Shown here one piece after another: positions 27,503-40,347 of a stretch of 64,000 nucleotides of DNA (positions are counted from its first letter, which is position 1; each line of letters opens with the position of its first letter). The notes beneath the pieces were generated by a model. That model did no database searches. It saw only the letters and a list, made by a program, of their open reading frames with translations, and was not told the DNA's origin. Source of the stretch: Neoechinorhynchus agilis (Eukaryota > Animalia > Acanthocephala); the NCBI GenBank assembly GCA_051530055.1, contig CM121341.1, positions 4,938,784 to 5,002,783 of the forward strand, given 5' to 3'. A program made the position numbers and the translations under genes.

Positions 27503-28256
27503 GTTAACGAAATTTATTGATTTTTAAAAGTGAGCTTCAGACGCGCGTAGAATAGTAAAAAAACGATCGTTCAGTTTCGGCTTTATTTGCGTGGAGATTG
27601 TCGGTAAATTCGGCAATTTTGAGTTTTTTAAAGATGAAAAGTCTAAGCCGAGATAATTGCTACCCAGTGGATAGGAATAATATTTCGCTTCTTTATTAAA
27701 CTGAAAATGGAAATCCGAGAATCAGAAATCTGCCATTCGCATTGGAATTTTGAGCTCGACGATTTTTATCCTTTAATTCTAGTCTAAAAAATCGAATATA
27801 AGTCGTAAATTGTCAAATTGACAAAATTACGCGTTCATAATAATGATTTAAGAGTAATCGGAGTTTAGATTTTATGAGTCTTTGATTTGATTAGTTCGCT
27901 AGTGCAGAATCCTTCTTAGAGAACTTTAGTTTCGTTAACCACCAAGTAAATATTCTCTCTTCCGATTCGAATCGATTATGAACCGATGAGCCCAATGATT
28001 TGCGTTTCATTAAGAAATTTTCGTTTTCTGGATTATCCGAAACACAATTCATTTGATTATGTCTGTCAGTGTAACTTACGTTCGTATTGAACTTTTTTAG
28101 CTGAAAAAACAATATTCCCCGATCCTTCCATTGCTTTGTGCAAATAAAGACTCCGCAATTAATAAGCCTGATAGAAAAAAGTAGACCTCGTCGGATTCTA
28201 TTTGTGAGGGATAATTTTGTAAGGTCGATATTTTAGGTACCGGTGGCAATGTGATT

Positions 28257-28482
28257 GGAATTATTGTTTAGAAGTCTACATCCGCAATAAATGATTATTT
28301 CGATAAAAAACAAGTTCGTCGAACCTCGTCGGGTCCATCATAAGTTTGTTTGCAAGTTTTTTCAACTGTGAATGCGTAAAAAACTTGTAAACAAACTGAT
28401 AATGAACCCGACGAGGTTCGACGAAGGTGTTTTTAATCGAAATAATCATTTATTGCGGATGTAGACTTCTAAACAATAATTC
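28257..28482. repeat. Foldback hairpin, ~105-bp arms, 15-nt loop
   Basis: ggaattattgtttagaagtctacatccg...aagtttttt / aaaaaacttg...tagacttctaaacaataattcc; loop caactgtgaatgcgt. Confidence 0.9.
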
Positions 28483-28699
28483 CTTAATTTTGTTTGTTTC
28501 CCCGAATTTACCGAGTTTTTCTGTAATTGTGAAGGCTCATTGATGAATGCGCTACTTTTAAGTGTGAGTTTTTGTGTTTGAAGAGGCCATTTTTTCTTAA
28601 GGAATTTCAACGGAACCTGAACGCAGGAATTATAGTTCATTTGATATACGGTTATGTCTTTTTAAAGGCGTAAAATCCTTCAATTGAATTCGATTTCAG

Positions 28700-31600
28700 A
28701 TGAACGATAAAAATAGTTTGAAGAAATATAAAGCTTTCCTTATCGAAGACGAACTTAGCTTCAACGCAACCGACCTGTCGGAGGCTGTTAAGAAAGCGAC
28801 TGGAGACTCCAAAGTATTATCATTTGAGAGCGTTGAATCATCAGGAATAAACGATTCCATACTACCCACAAGGAGAAGTGATGGCGTTTGCCTCAAAAAG
28901 GGAGAGCGTTTCAAGGACTATGTTAAGACCGGTAAGTTTATTTAACCTTATTATGAAAGTTCTCATTATCTTTTAGCCGATTCGGATATTGATGCCACTG
29001 AAGTCGTTCACAATCTTTCATATGCAATAAAAGGAACCTGTTCTTACACAAGAAACTTGGCCTATTCGGACAGTTCATCATCGGGTACATCAATTGAGTT
29101 TGTTCCTGTGAGGAAGTCCCGGAGGCAACGGGAAAATAAAAGACGTATTCAATCAAGGGATGGCGATCCCGGAAATCATAGTAGAGGTGGACAAATCCAT
29201 AGCCAGCGATCTTTGCATGAAAACTGCCATACTCAAAAAATTAATGAGAATCCGGGCGCTAACAAGGTCGATTGTACTACCGAAATGAGTCAAATCGCGA
29301 ATTACGTCCAATACAACCGCGAAGCCATTATCGATAAGTCTGAAAACACAATTGTTCAATCCAGTGTTTGCATACACCGTAGTCAGTTCTTGAGTGCTCA
29401 ATCGTCCACATTAATCGATAAAACATTGTCCAATTTATCCAGCGAATCATGCGAGCTACCCTCAGTTCATATGCAACAGATTTCCAAAGAACCGTCTGAA
29501 TTGAAAAAGTCGAATGTCGTAATTAATGAAGATTTTATTGCGTCCACCAGCTCACTAAACAAAATGAAGAATCAGTCATCCGTCAGATATAGAAGGGATC
29601 GAGAAATATTGACAAACTCAGGGTACGATTGTAAGAATCTGGCGCCCAGTTCGACATCCAGCGCAAGCGCAACGAGAAGGCAAGGAACTACTGGAAGCCG
29701 TTCGTTAGCCAAAAGCGCCTTGAATCCAGAATCGAAAACTTATTCTACTGCGAGAATATCATCAGATTCCGATGACCTTCCGTCAAACGTGGAATCCACG
29801 GAGAAAATAACGTCCAAGTTAACGACGGCAGCAAGACAAACGCGAAAACAAGGAACTACTGGAAGCCGTTCGTTATCCAAAAGCGCCTTGAATCCAGAAT
29901 CGAAAACTTATTCTACTGCGAGAATATCATCAGATTCCGATGACCTTCCGTCAAACGTGGAATCCACGGAGAAAATAACGTCCAAGTTAACGACGGCAGC
30001 AAGACAAACGCGAAAACAAGGAACTACTGGAAGCCGTTCGTTATCCAAAAGCGCCTTGAATCCAGAATCGAAAACTTATTCTGCTGCGAGAATATCATCA
30101 GATTCCGATGACCTTCCGTCAAACGTGGAATCCACGGAGAAAATAACGTCCAGGTTAACGACGGCAGCAAGACAAACGCGAAGACAAGGAACTGCTGGAA
30201 GCCGTTCGTTATCCAAAAGCGCCTTGAATCCAGAATCGAAAACTTATTCTACTGCGAGAATATCATCAGATTCCGATGACCTTCCGTCAAACGTGGAATC
30301 CACGGAGAAAATAACGTCCAGGTTAACGACGGCAGCAAGACAAACGAGAAGACAAGGAACTGCTGGAAGCCGTTCGTTATCCAAAAGCGCCTTGAATCCA
30401 AAATCTAAAACTTATTCTACTGCGAGAATATCATCAGATTCCGACGACCTTCCGTCAAACGTTGAATCCACGAAGAAAATAACGTCCAGTTTAACGACGG
30501 CAGCAAGACAAACGAGAAGACAAGGAACTACTGGAAGCCGTTCGTTATCCAAAAGCGCCTTGAATCCAGAATCGAAAACTTATTCTGCTGCGAGAATTGT
30601 ATCATCAGATTCCGATGACCTTCCGTCAAACGTTGAATCCACGAAGAAAATAACGTCCAGGTTAACGACGGCAGCAAGACAAACGAGAAGACAAGGAACT
30701 GCTGGAAGCCGTTCGTTATCCAAAAGCGCCTTGAATCCAGAATCGAAAACTTATTCTGCTGCGAGAATTGTATCATCAGATTCCGATGACCTTCCGTCAA
30801 ACGTGGAATCCACGGAGAAAATAACGTCCAAGTTAACGACGGCAGCAAGACAAACGCCAAGGAACTACTGGAAGCCGTTCGTTATCCAAAAGCGCCTTGA
30901 ATCCAGAATCGAAAACTTATTCTGCTGCGAGAATTGTATCATCAGATTCCGATGACCTTCCGTCAAACGTGGAATCCACGGAGAAAATAACGTCCAGGTT
31001 AACGACGGCAGCAAGACAAACGCGAAGACAAGGAACTGCTGGAAGCCGTTCGTTGCCAAAAGCGCCTTGAATCCAGGATCGAAAACTTATTCTACTGCGA
31101 GAATATCATCAGATTCCGACGACCCTCCGTCAAACGTTGAATCCACGAAGAAAATAACGTCCAGGTTAACGACGGCAGCAAGACAAACGCGAAGACAAGG
31201 AACTGCTGGAAGCCGTTCGTTGTCCAAAAGCGCCTTGAATCCAGAATCGGAAACTTATTCTACTGCGAGAATATCATCAGATTCCGATGACCTTCCGTCA
31301 AACGTTGAATCCACGAAGAAAATAACGTCCAGATTAACGACGGCAGCAAGACAAACGAGAAGACAAGGAAGCCGAAGAAGCCGTTCGTTATCCAAAAGCA
31401 CCTTAAATTCGAGATCAGAAACTCTTGTTAATAGCCGAACATCCAGGCCAGAAGTACATAAGTCAGTAAAAAACGAATCAGAACGTCCTAAATTGTATAA
31501 ATCGAAATCGACAAGACATGCAAATGTCGGCGCTCAAGGAAGTAGTTGTCTTCATCAGAGCACTTCATCATTCAATGAGCCGGAGAATCGCCGTCCTTTT

Positions 31601-32296
31601 GATTCAAAAGAGCGTAAGGAGGAAGATGTGATCTCATTAAAATCGCCATTAAGAAAGGATTCAATATTTCGGAGCAAAGATAAACCGCCGTTGGGAAGAG
31701 AGTTGACTGCAGATGATCGTGACCAATTCGAAACATTGCTGCCTTCGTCTCATTCCAATTTGCCGCAGTTCCCTCAATCGACTATTTATGAGCCCGCAGT
31801 AGCTTGTGCGGAGAAGGAAACAAATCAACGTAATTATCTCCAAAGTACAATGGTGGCCGCAGGTTGTAACAACCAATCATTGGCCGGATTGTTGCCTCCT
31901 TTGTCTCCGATTTCAAAGCCTGGTGAAAATAAGGATATGGACGAAATTTTCAAGGGAATTGGATCTCTTTACGTTACCGGCGATGGCGATATATGTGGCG
32001 ATTTATCGTTAGTTGAAGTGCATGATACCCCGTACGGCAAAAAGTTAATTCTCGATCCCGGACGATCTTCGTTGTATGTTATAGAGCCGGGAAAGGAGAT
32101 TTACGACAACGATATGGAATCGAAGCGTATTGTAGAGTTGTTTTCGCCTGAACGGCTTGATATTCGACGCCGAGGTGAGAGATGTTCCATCGATAGAGAT
32201 GTTCATGTCATATTGATTCAAAAGGGAACGGCATTGATGCTGTATAACAAAGACGAGTGCCGACGTGCCGTCGTTAAAGTCACTATTTCCGACTGA
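28700..32296 (+). CDS. Large S/T/R-rich protein with ~10 internal 59-60 aa repeats and a C-terminal beta-rich (cupin-like) domain; frame interrupted at ~30857-31055
   Basis: Exon 28700-28931, a GT-AG intron, then ORFs 29057-30955 and 31067-32296 in the same frame. Repeat unit RQGTTGSRSLSKSALNPESKTYSTARISSDSDDLPSNVESTEKITSKLTTAARQT. Confidence 0.75.
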
Positions 32297-32619
32297 TGTT
32301 GCTGCATCCTAATAAAATATTAGTTGCATTGGTACATGAGCGCTCAAGTTTCCAAATGGGTAGATGCCAACTTAGTCATATTTTTATCTCCAGTTGCACT
32401 CTGCATATTGTAGACCATTAATCGGTTGTCACAGGTCAACAGTTCAAGGGCTTCCTTCGATAAAATAACGCTACACTGAGATTACAACGGACCTCGTCGA
32501 CATGTTCAGCTTGATTAAAGACCCAAGAGTCGGTGAGTACGCAGTCAGATTGCATTCTCCTCAATTTGTTAACATCTTTCTTGAGATTCCGAATGGTTTA
32601 ATGAATAAGCGTCATCCAC

Positions 32620-33415
32620 TCCTGACTCCAGATCCGTCATCCACTCCGCTCCACTCGAAATTTCCGGATCCGTCATCCACTTTAAATTCCGGATCCGTCA
32701 TCCACTTCGCTCCACTCGAAGTTTTCGGATCCGTCATCCACTCCAAATTCCGGATCGGTAATTTGTCCACTCGAAGTTTCCGGATCCGTCATCCACTCCA
32801 AATTCCGGATCGGTAATTTGTCCACTCGAAGTTTCCGAATCCGTCATCCACTCCAAATTCCGGATCGGTAATTTGTCCACTCGAAGTTTCCGAATCCGTC
32901 ATCCAGTCCAAATTCCGGATCAGTCATCCACCTCTCCAGATCCGTCATCCACTCCACTCGAAGTTTCCGGATCCGTCATCCACTCCAAATTCCGGGTCGG
33001 TAATTCGTCCACTCCAAATTCCGGATCCATCATCCAGTCCAAATTCCGGATCAGTCATCCACCTCTCCAGATCCGTCATCCACTCCACTCGAAGTTTCCG
33101 GATCCATCATCCAGTCCAAATTCCGGATCAGTCATCCACCTCTCCAGATCCGTCATCCACTCCACCCCGATCTCATCCACCTCTCCGGATCCGTCATCCA
33201 GTCCAAATTCCGGATCGGTAATTCATCCTCTCAAAATTCCGGATCCGTCATCCACTCCAAATTCCGGATCGGTAATTCGTCCACTCAAATTTCCGGAGCC
33301 GTCATCCACCTCTCCGGATCCGTCATCCAGTCCAAATTCCGGATCGGTAATTCGTCCTCTCAAAATTCCGGATCCGTCATCCAGCTCTCCAGATCCGTCA
33401 TCCAGTCCAAATTCA
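32620..33415. repeat. Minisatellite of shuffled gatccgtcatccact / ccaaattccg modules
   Basis: Dozens of 10-30 nt module copies. The PDPSS ORFs are a by-product of the repeat. Confidence 0.9.
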
Positions 33416-33807
33416 GGTGTTCACGAAAACCCAGAGGTGCATGGTTCCTTTTCTTTATCAAAATAAAACGTATATTATACCGATGCCATACTACAGTCTC
33501 GAGCCATCGAATCCAAAGGCACCGAATTTGAGTCTTGCGAAGGATGGAACTACATTGTAGCACAGCAATGAGTAGAGTGAGAGACGAATTCCGAGGTCAA
33601 TTCTTGTCTCACGATTTGTTTGGCAAATTCGAATTTTTAAACAAATAGATTCACCAAAGAACTGTTTGGTTGTTTTAAGAATCAAAAAAAGTTTACCAGG
33701 TGAATACTTCTAAACAATAATTATGATTTAGTGTTCTCTTTAGACTAACGTTTCCATGGTGATAAAGTTTCTTTTATTTCGAATAGTTTATTAGAATAAT
33801 TTCACAA

Positions 33808-34563
33808 ATGGCACGACGAAGACATCAAGAACGACTTGATTCTGCGTCCGGAGAATCTGACATTGATCAACCCGATCGCTCACCACCCGGTAACAATGAC
33901 GACGAAAGGCAAACACCTGATCTGGATCCACGGGACCAATCTCCAATTCGCCCTCTACGTTTTTTCCATGATCGGGCTACACAATTCCCGTTTTCACCCG
34001 AATCTCCCCCGTTCCAACGACTAAATTACGTTGTTAATGGAATGCCTACACCTAATACTGACGATTGGAGTCCACCGGCACCAGCATCCCCACCACTCAA
34101 TAATTTAAGAATGAACGGATTCACTGAAGGTCATCCTTTGCATGATGATGATGAATGGCGACCACTTGTCGATGATGGGCGAAGGATTCCATGGCCAATG
34201 GAATTCTACACGCAACCTCGTCCCACCAATGGATTTCAACAGCATGTTCCCATGAGACCCAATGGATTTCATCAATTCGCTGTTGATCCGAATACTCAGC
34301 CAATGGATAGAAGATGGCAACAACGAACGGCCGAAGGTCCGGATCGTCCGGATCAATGGACCAATGTAGACCGATTCAGACCTAATCAATTTAATCGAGT
34401 GAATGCTTTTACTAGATTTCGTCGTTTAAGACGTGGTCGGAATGAAGACCAAGGCCGAATTAATAGATCGAACGGAGATCGGCGACAACAAAATGTTCCC
34501 GATCAAGAGCATGAAGACCCGGCTGGCCCTCGCGGACAGTCACAAGAAGATGATCTTATTTAG
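33808..34563 (+). CDS. Single-exon orphan protein (251 aa), P/R/D/N-rich and probably disordered
   Basis: Long open frame in AT-rich surroundings, ATG start, aataaa shortly after the stop. Confidence 0.65.
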   Translation: MARRRHQERLDSASGESDIDQPDRSPPGNNDDERQTPDLDPRDQSPIRPLRFFHDRATQFPFSPESPPFQRLNYVVNGMPTPNTDDWSPPAPASPPLNNLRMNGFTEGHPLHDDDEWRPLVDDGRRIPWPMEFYTQPRPTNGFQQHVPMRPNGFHQFAVDPNTQPMDRRWQQRTAEGPDRPDQWTNVDRFRPNQFNRVNAFTRFRRLRRGRNEDQGRINRSNGDRRQQNVPDQEHEDPAGPRGQSQEDDLI

Positions 34564-34911
34564 AACCAATTGTTTTTGATGTTTAAATAAAAAGTTTATC
34601 GTGATTTGAATCCTTCACGTGTACTTCCTCACTACCCCAAACGTCTCCAAAAACATTCTCTAAGGCTAATCGTGGTGTTTTCGTCTTTGTTTACACTTTG
34701 ATATTCGTATCGGAAAGCGATATTCTTGCGATAGGAAAGAGTTTCTTTCCATTGAACGATATCCTGTAGTGGTTTCTTAACTAATGACTTCTACCACTTT
34801 TCAATTAATAACTTAATCTACGATTTTTTTATTTTAAGTTTAACCGGATTACCAAATAAACCGGATTTGGAATTCTCTATACCATCGCTTACTTCTTTCT
34901 GACAAAATGTT

Positions 34912-36228
34912 CATATTTTAAATCTCAACTTTTAGAAGTAGAAAGATTGAGAGATCTTATTTTCGATTTCACTCGTATTTTCAATTGTTTCAATAGACAA
35001 TGGAGAAAAAAAGAAGTAACAAAGCTCGAGGTCTTTGTCTCAATAATATTTTAATCGCAATTAAATTCATTCTAAAGACAATGGACGATTTGCTCATTGA
35101 CCCTTTTAATTAAGATTTTGTAGATGCTAAAAAACATTTTAAATCTCAGCTTTAAGAAGTAGAAGGATCGAGAGATCTTATTTTCGATTTCACTCGTATT
35201 TTCAATTGTTTCAAGAGACAATGGAGAAAAAAAGAAGTAACAAAGCTCGAGGTCTTTGTCTCAATAATATTTTAATCGGAATTAAATTCATTCTAAAGAC
35301 AATGGACGATTTGCTCATAGACCCTTTTAATTAAGATTTTGTAGATGCTAAAAAACATTTTAAATCTCAGCTTTAAGAAGTAGAAAGATTGAGAGATCTT
35401 ATTTTCGATTTCACTCGTATTTTCAATTGTTTCAATAGACAATGGAGAAAAAAAGAAGTAACAAAGCTCGAGGTCTTTGTCTCAATAATATTTTAATCGG
35501 AATTAAATTCATTCTAAAGACAATGGACGATTTGCTCATTGACCCTTTTAATTAAGATTTTGTAGATGCTAAAAAACATTTTAAATCTCAGCTTTAAGAA
35601 GTAGAAAGATTGAGAGATCTTATTTTCGATTTCACTCGTATTTTCAATTGTTTCAATAGACAATGGAGAAAAAAAGAAGTAACAAAGCTCGAGGTCTTTG
35701 TCTCAATAATATTTTAATCGGAATTAAATTCATTCTAAAGACAATGGACGATTTGCTCATTGACCCTTTTAATTAAGATTTTGTAGATGCTAAAAAACAT
35801 TTTAAATCTCAGCTTTAAGAAGTAGAAAGATTGAGAGATCTTATTTTCGATTTCACTCGTATTTTCAATTGTTTCAATAGACAATGGAGAAAAAAAGAAG
35901 TAACAAAGCTCGAGGTCTTTGTCTCAATAATATTTTAATCGGAATTAAATTCATTCTAAAGACAATGGACGATTTGCTCATTGACCCTTTTAATTAAGAT
36001 TTTGTAGATGCTAAAAAACATTTTAAATCTCAGCTTTAAGAAGTAGAAAGATTGAGAGATCTTATTTTCGATTTCACTCGTATTTTCAATTGTTTCAAGA
36101 GACAATGGAGAAAAAAAGAAGTAACAAAGCTCGAGGTCTTTGTCTCAATAATATTTTAATCGGAATTAAATTCATTCTAAAAACAATGGACGATTTGCTC
36201 ATTGACCCCTTTAATTAAGATTTTGTTG
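34912..36228. repeat. Tandem array, 6 x 221 bp, ending at the GMPPB start
   Basis: aaatctca recurs at 34920, 35141, 35362, 35583, 35804 and 36025. Confidence 0.95.
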
Positions 36229-36234
36229 TAGATA

Positions 36235-39200
36235 ATGAAAGCCGTCATACTTGCAGGAGGATTCGGCACAAGATTACGTCCTCTAACGTTATCCAGACCG
36301 AAACCTCTAGTAGAATTTGTGGATAAACCGCTAATAGTTCACCAGATCGAGGCATTAGCGAAGGTATTTGTATCGTAAAAGTCGGAAAAAAAGAGTCCCG
36401 CTTGTTCAGGTCAATGTTAATCACATAATTCTTGCTGTGAATTATCTACCACATATGCTAGAAGGAGCTCTTGAACAGGTCTCAAAAAGATTGAACATCA
36501 AGATTACTATTTCTATCGAAGATGAACCATTGGACACCGGTAATGTTACTCATTCTACCCAAGTTTCGACCATTTTCTTGTTTATTAGCCGGTCCACTCG
36601 CTCTGGCTCGTGACTATCTTGAGCAGGATTCTGATGAAAACAGCGATTTCTTTGTTTTCAACTCTGATGTAATTTGCTCTTTTCCACTTAAAGAAATGGT
36701 TAAATTCCACCAGGAACATGGCCACGATGCATCCATTATGGTGATTATTAAAAAAACTTATAACAACCAATTAATTCTTTTACAGGTCACTAAAGTGGAG
36801 GAACCAAGCAAATACGGAGTCATTGTTTAAAATCACTGTGAATTCATGAGAAAATAGTCTCGAGTTTTTACTCTAAAAAATTTACTTAAAAATATTAAAA
36901 TTCGAAATATCGGGTTTAATTCTCTCAACTTTTCACCGTTCAAAATTTAAAAATTTATTCGAAATAATTAAGTTTCGCCACTTTAATTTTTCAATCAATG
37001 TTTATCTTTGAAACTCTAACATGAATATCATCAGTTTTACGACGAGTCTTCGGGTCTCGTTGATCGCTTTGTCGAGAAACCCAAGAATTTCGTTGGAAAC
37101 ATGATCAACGCTGGAATTTACCTTTTTAAATTAAACGTCCTTAATGGAATAAAGGTACGCTTTTGCCGGCTACCGTTCTTTTTGAAAATTCCGTATTTAA
37201 GCTCCAGCCGACATCAATGGAACGTGAAGTCTTTCCTTGGTTAGCTTCCAATAATGAACTTTATTGCTTTGGTCACAAAGGTACTCATTTTTTTTCTTCA
37301 ACGGGGGCTTAAGGTACTTTCTTAAGGATAATTATACCATCGTTCGGATTTAAATTCATAAATTTATTTCTCCGATATTTCACGTCGGATAATTCCGACA
37401 TTTCCTCAAGGTTTATCATTGTAAGGATGTTCATCATTTACTTTTTTATAGCGAGAATTATCAAATAATTGATTTGATAATTTTCGGCCTTCGCGTAGGC
37501 CTTCTTCAATCCATCTAAAATGGAAGCACTCAATTTCGTTTATCCGGTGAAAATTCTCAGATTGAGTGTGTAATCCGCTTTGTTGCCCCGGATGAAAATT
37601 ATCAAATAAATCAATTATTTTAAACCATAAGATCATTCACACCACCGCTCTGGATCACTCAGCTGCCGTCCTGGTGTAACGGTCGATTCTCGCTTTAACA
37701 AAACGTTTATCATTGTTAAAGTGCTTTATACTTTTGGTGAAAATAATCAACCGGCCACCCACAAAGATAATTGATTTATTTGAGATATTTCGAAAGAGAT
37801 AACCTCGCCTCCTCAATCATTATTTCTATTGTAAGGAATCTTGAGTATCTACAGCAAAAATAATGATTGATGAGGCGAAATTTAGCTCCTCGCGGAATAT
37901 TTCCCCTTTAAATCAAATATCTTTGTGTGGCCGGGGGATTATTTTCACCAAAAGTTCACTAATTTATTGATAGAAAATCCTTCAGGTTAATCAAAGTTTA
38001 TACTTTTTGGTGAAAATAATCAACCGGCCACCCACAAAGATATTTGATTTGTAGGGAAAATATTTCGCGAGGAGCTAAATTTCGCCTCTATAAAAATCAA
38101 GGGAAAAAAGTAGTCTGAGCTTCGGGTTTAGCGATCCCGAGCGCCCTCACCCATTTTTAGATAGGTTACCTCCTCGCGAAATTTTTCCCCTACAAATCAA
38201 ATATCCTTGTGGGTGGCCGGGGGATTATTTTCACCAAAAGTTCACTAATTTATTGATAGAAAACCTTCAGGTTAACAAAAACCCAAAAAATTTGATTTAT
38301 TTGAAATTTCGACAGTAACCTCGTCTCTCAGTCATTATTTTGCTGTAAGAGTTTCCCTTTAAATCAAATATCTTTGTGTGGCCGGGGATTATTTTCACCA
38401 AAAGTTCACTAATTTATTGATAGAAAATCCTTCAGGTTAATCAAAGTTTATACTTTTTGGTGAAAATAATCCCCCGGCCACCCACAAAGATATTTGATTT
38501 ATTTGAGATATTTCGAAACAGATAACCTCGTCTCCTCAGTCATTATTTTTGCTGTAAGAGATCTTGAGTATCTACAGCAAAAATAATGATTGATGAGGCG
38601 AAATTTAGCTCCTCGCGAAATATTTTCCCTTTAAATCAAATATCTTTGTGTGGCCGGGGATTATTTTCACCAAAAGTTCACTAATTTATTGATAGAAAAT
38701 CCTTCAGGTTAATCAAAGTTTATACTTTTTGGTGAAAATAATCCCCCGGCCACCAGATATTTGATTTATTTGAGATATTTCGAAACAGATAACCTCGTCT
38801 CCTCAGTCATTATTTTTGCTGTAAGAGATCTTGAGTATCTACAGCAAAAATAATGATTGATGAGGCGAAATTTAGCTCCTCGCGAAATATTTCCCCTTTA
38901 AATCAAATATCTTTGTGTGGCCGGGGATTATTTTCACCAAAAGTTCACTAATTTATTGATAGAAAATCCTTCAGGTTAATCAAAGTTTATACTTTTTGGT
39001 GAAAATAATTACCCGGCCACACAAAGATAATTGATTTATTTGAGATATTTCGAAAGAGATAACCTCATCTCCTCAGTCATTATTTTTGCTGTAAGAAATC
39101 TTGAGTATCTACAGCAAAAATAATGATTGATGAGGCGAAATTTAGCTCCTCGCGAAATTTTTCCCCTTTAAATCAAATATCTTTGTGTGGCCGGGGATTA

Positions 39201-40252
39201 TTTTCACCAAAAGTTCACTAATTTATTGATAGAAAATCCTTCAGGTTAGTCAAAGTTTATACTTTTGGTGAAAATAATCAACCAGCCACCCACAAAGATA
39301 TTTGATTTGTAGGGAAAATATTTCGCGAGGAGCTAAATTTCGCCTCATCAATCATTATTTTTGCTGTAGATACTCAAGATCTCTTACAGCAAAAATAATG
39401 ACTGATGAGGTGAAGTTTAGTTCCTAGCGAAATATTTCCTCTACAAATCAAATACCTTTGTGGGTTTCCGGTTGAATATTTTCACCAAAAGTATAAACTT
39501 TGATTAACCCGAAGGAAATGTCGGAATTATCCGATGGGTGAAATATCGAAATCCGAGCGATGGTATAACTATCATTAAGGAAATATTCACTTTTCTTTGT
39601 TAATTCATGATTCTAAGAAGGTTTTTGGATGGATGTTGGACAACCAAGAGACTACCTTCGAGGATGTGCCCTGTATCTGTCACATGTTTCAACAATTCAA
39701 CCGGAATTTCTAAAAGATCCATCGAAAAACAAAAAATTCTGCATTAAAGGCCACGTTTACATGGATGAATCGGTTGAGTGTGGTGAAGGATCATTGATTG
39801 GACCGAATGTTGTAATTGACAAGAATGTCAAGATCGGTGCTGGAGTGAGACTACGAGATTGTGCCGTTCTAGCGGGTGCTCGAATCAATTCCCATTCCTG
39901 GATTTCCAATAGTATAATTGGATGGAACTGTCGAATCGGTAGATGGGTGAGTTTCTTAACAAAATTGAAATGATTTCATTTTTAAAAATCCGACTGATTT
40001 CAGAAAGGCACAATCTTGTACTCCTTTTGATCAAGGTATATCCGATTTTTAAAAATAAAATCATTTCAATTTATTCGCTATACAATTAAATGTGATTTCC
40101 TTCTTCTTTTTGTTCAACAGACAAGGATAGAAAACGTGAGTGTACTTGGTGAAGATGTCAAGATAAAAGATGAACTGTACATGAACGGGACGTGTATTTT
40201 GCCTCATAAATCAATCGTGAAGAGCATTGCGTCTCCGAAGGTGGTGATGTGA
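36235..40252 (+). CDS. GMPPB: Mannose-1-phosphate guanylyltransferase beta (GDP-mannose pyrophosphorylase), multi-exon
   Basis: [28 protein letters not shown]; [10 protein letters not shown]; KYGV...FVEKP...INAGIY; [13 protein letters not shown]; hexapeptide repeats; LPHKSI; canonical introns. Confidence 0.97.
37326..39574. mobile_element. Non-autonomous foldback element in a GMPPB intron; ~65-bp TIRs flanked by TTAA, with nested palindromic and tandem modules
   Basis: 5' ttaa|ggataattataccatcgttcggattt...ataattccgacatttcct versus 3' aggaaatgtcggaattat...aaatccgagcgatggtataactatca|ttaa. Confidence 0.85.
39961..40071. repeat. Small intronic hairpin (~30-bp arms) in GMPPB
   Basis: aaattgaaatgatttcatttttaaaaatc / gattttttaaaaataaaatcatttcaattt. 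Confidence 0.8.
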
Positions 40253-40347
40253 GATCTTTGATTAACTGTTTTTTGGTCAAAAAAACTACTGTTAAGCGTG
40301 TTGGACGTTCACTTTCGAATTTAAACATTGTGGTGGAAAAACGTGGT

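Noticed and set aside
32502-33466. PDPSST-rich mucin-like proteins
   Set aside because: They arise from the minisatellite, with frames switching between modules and no gene structure.
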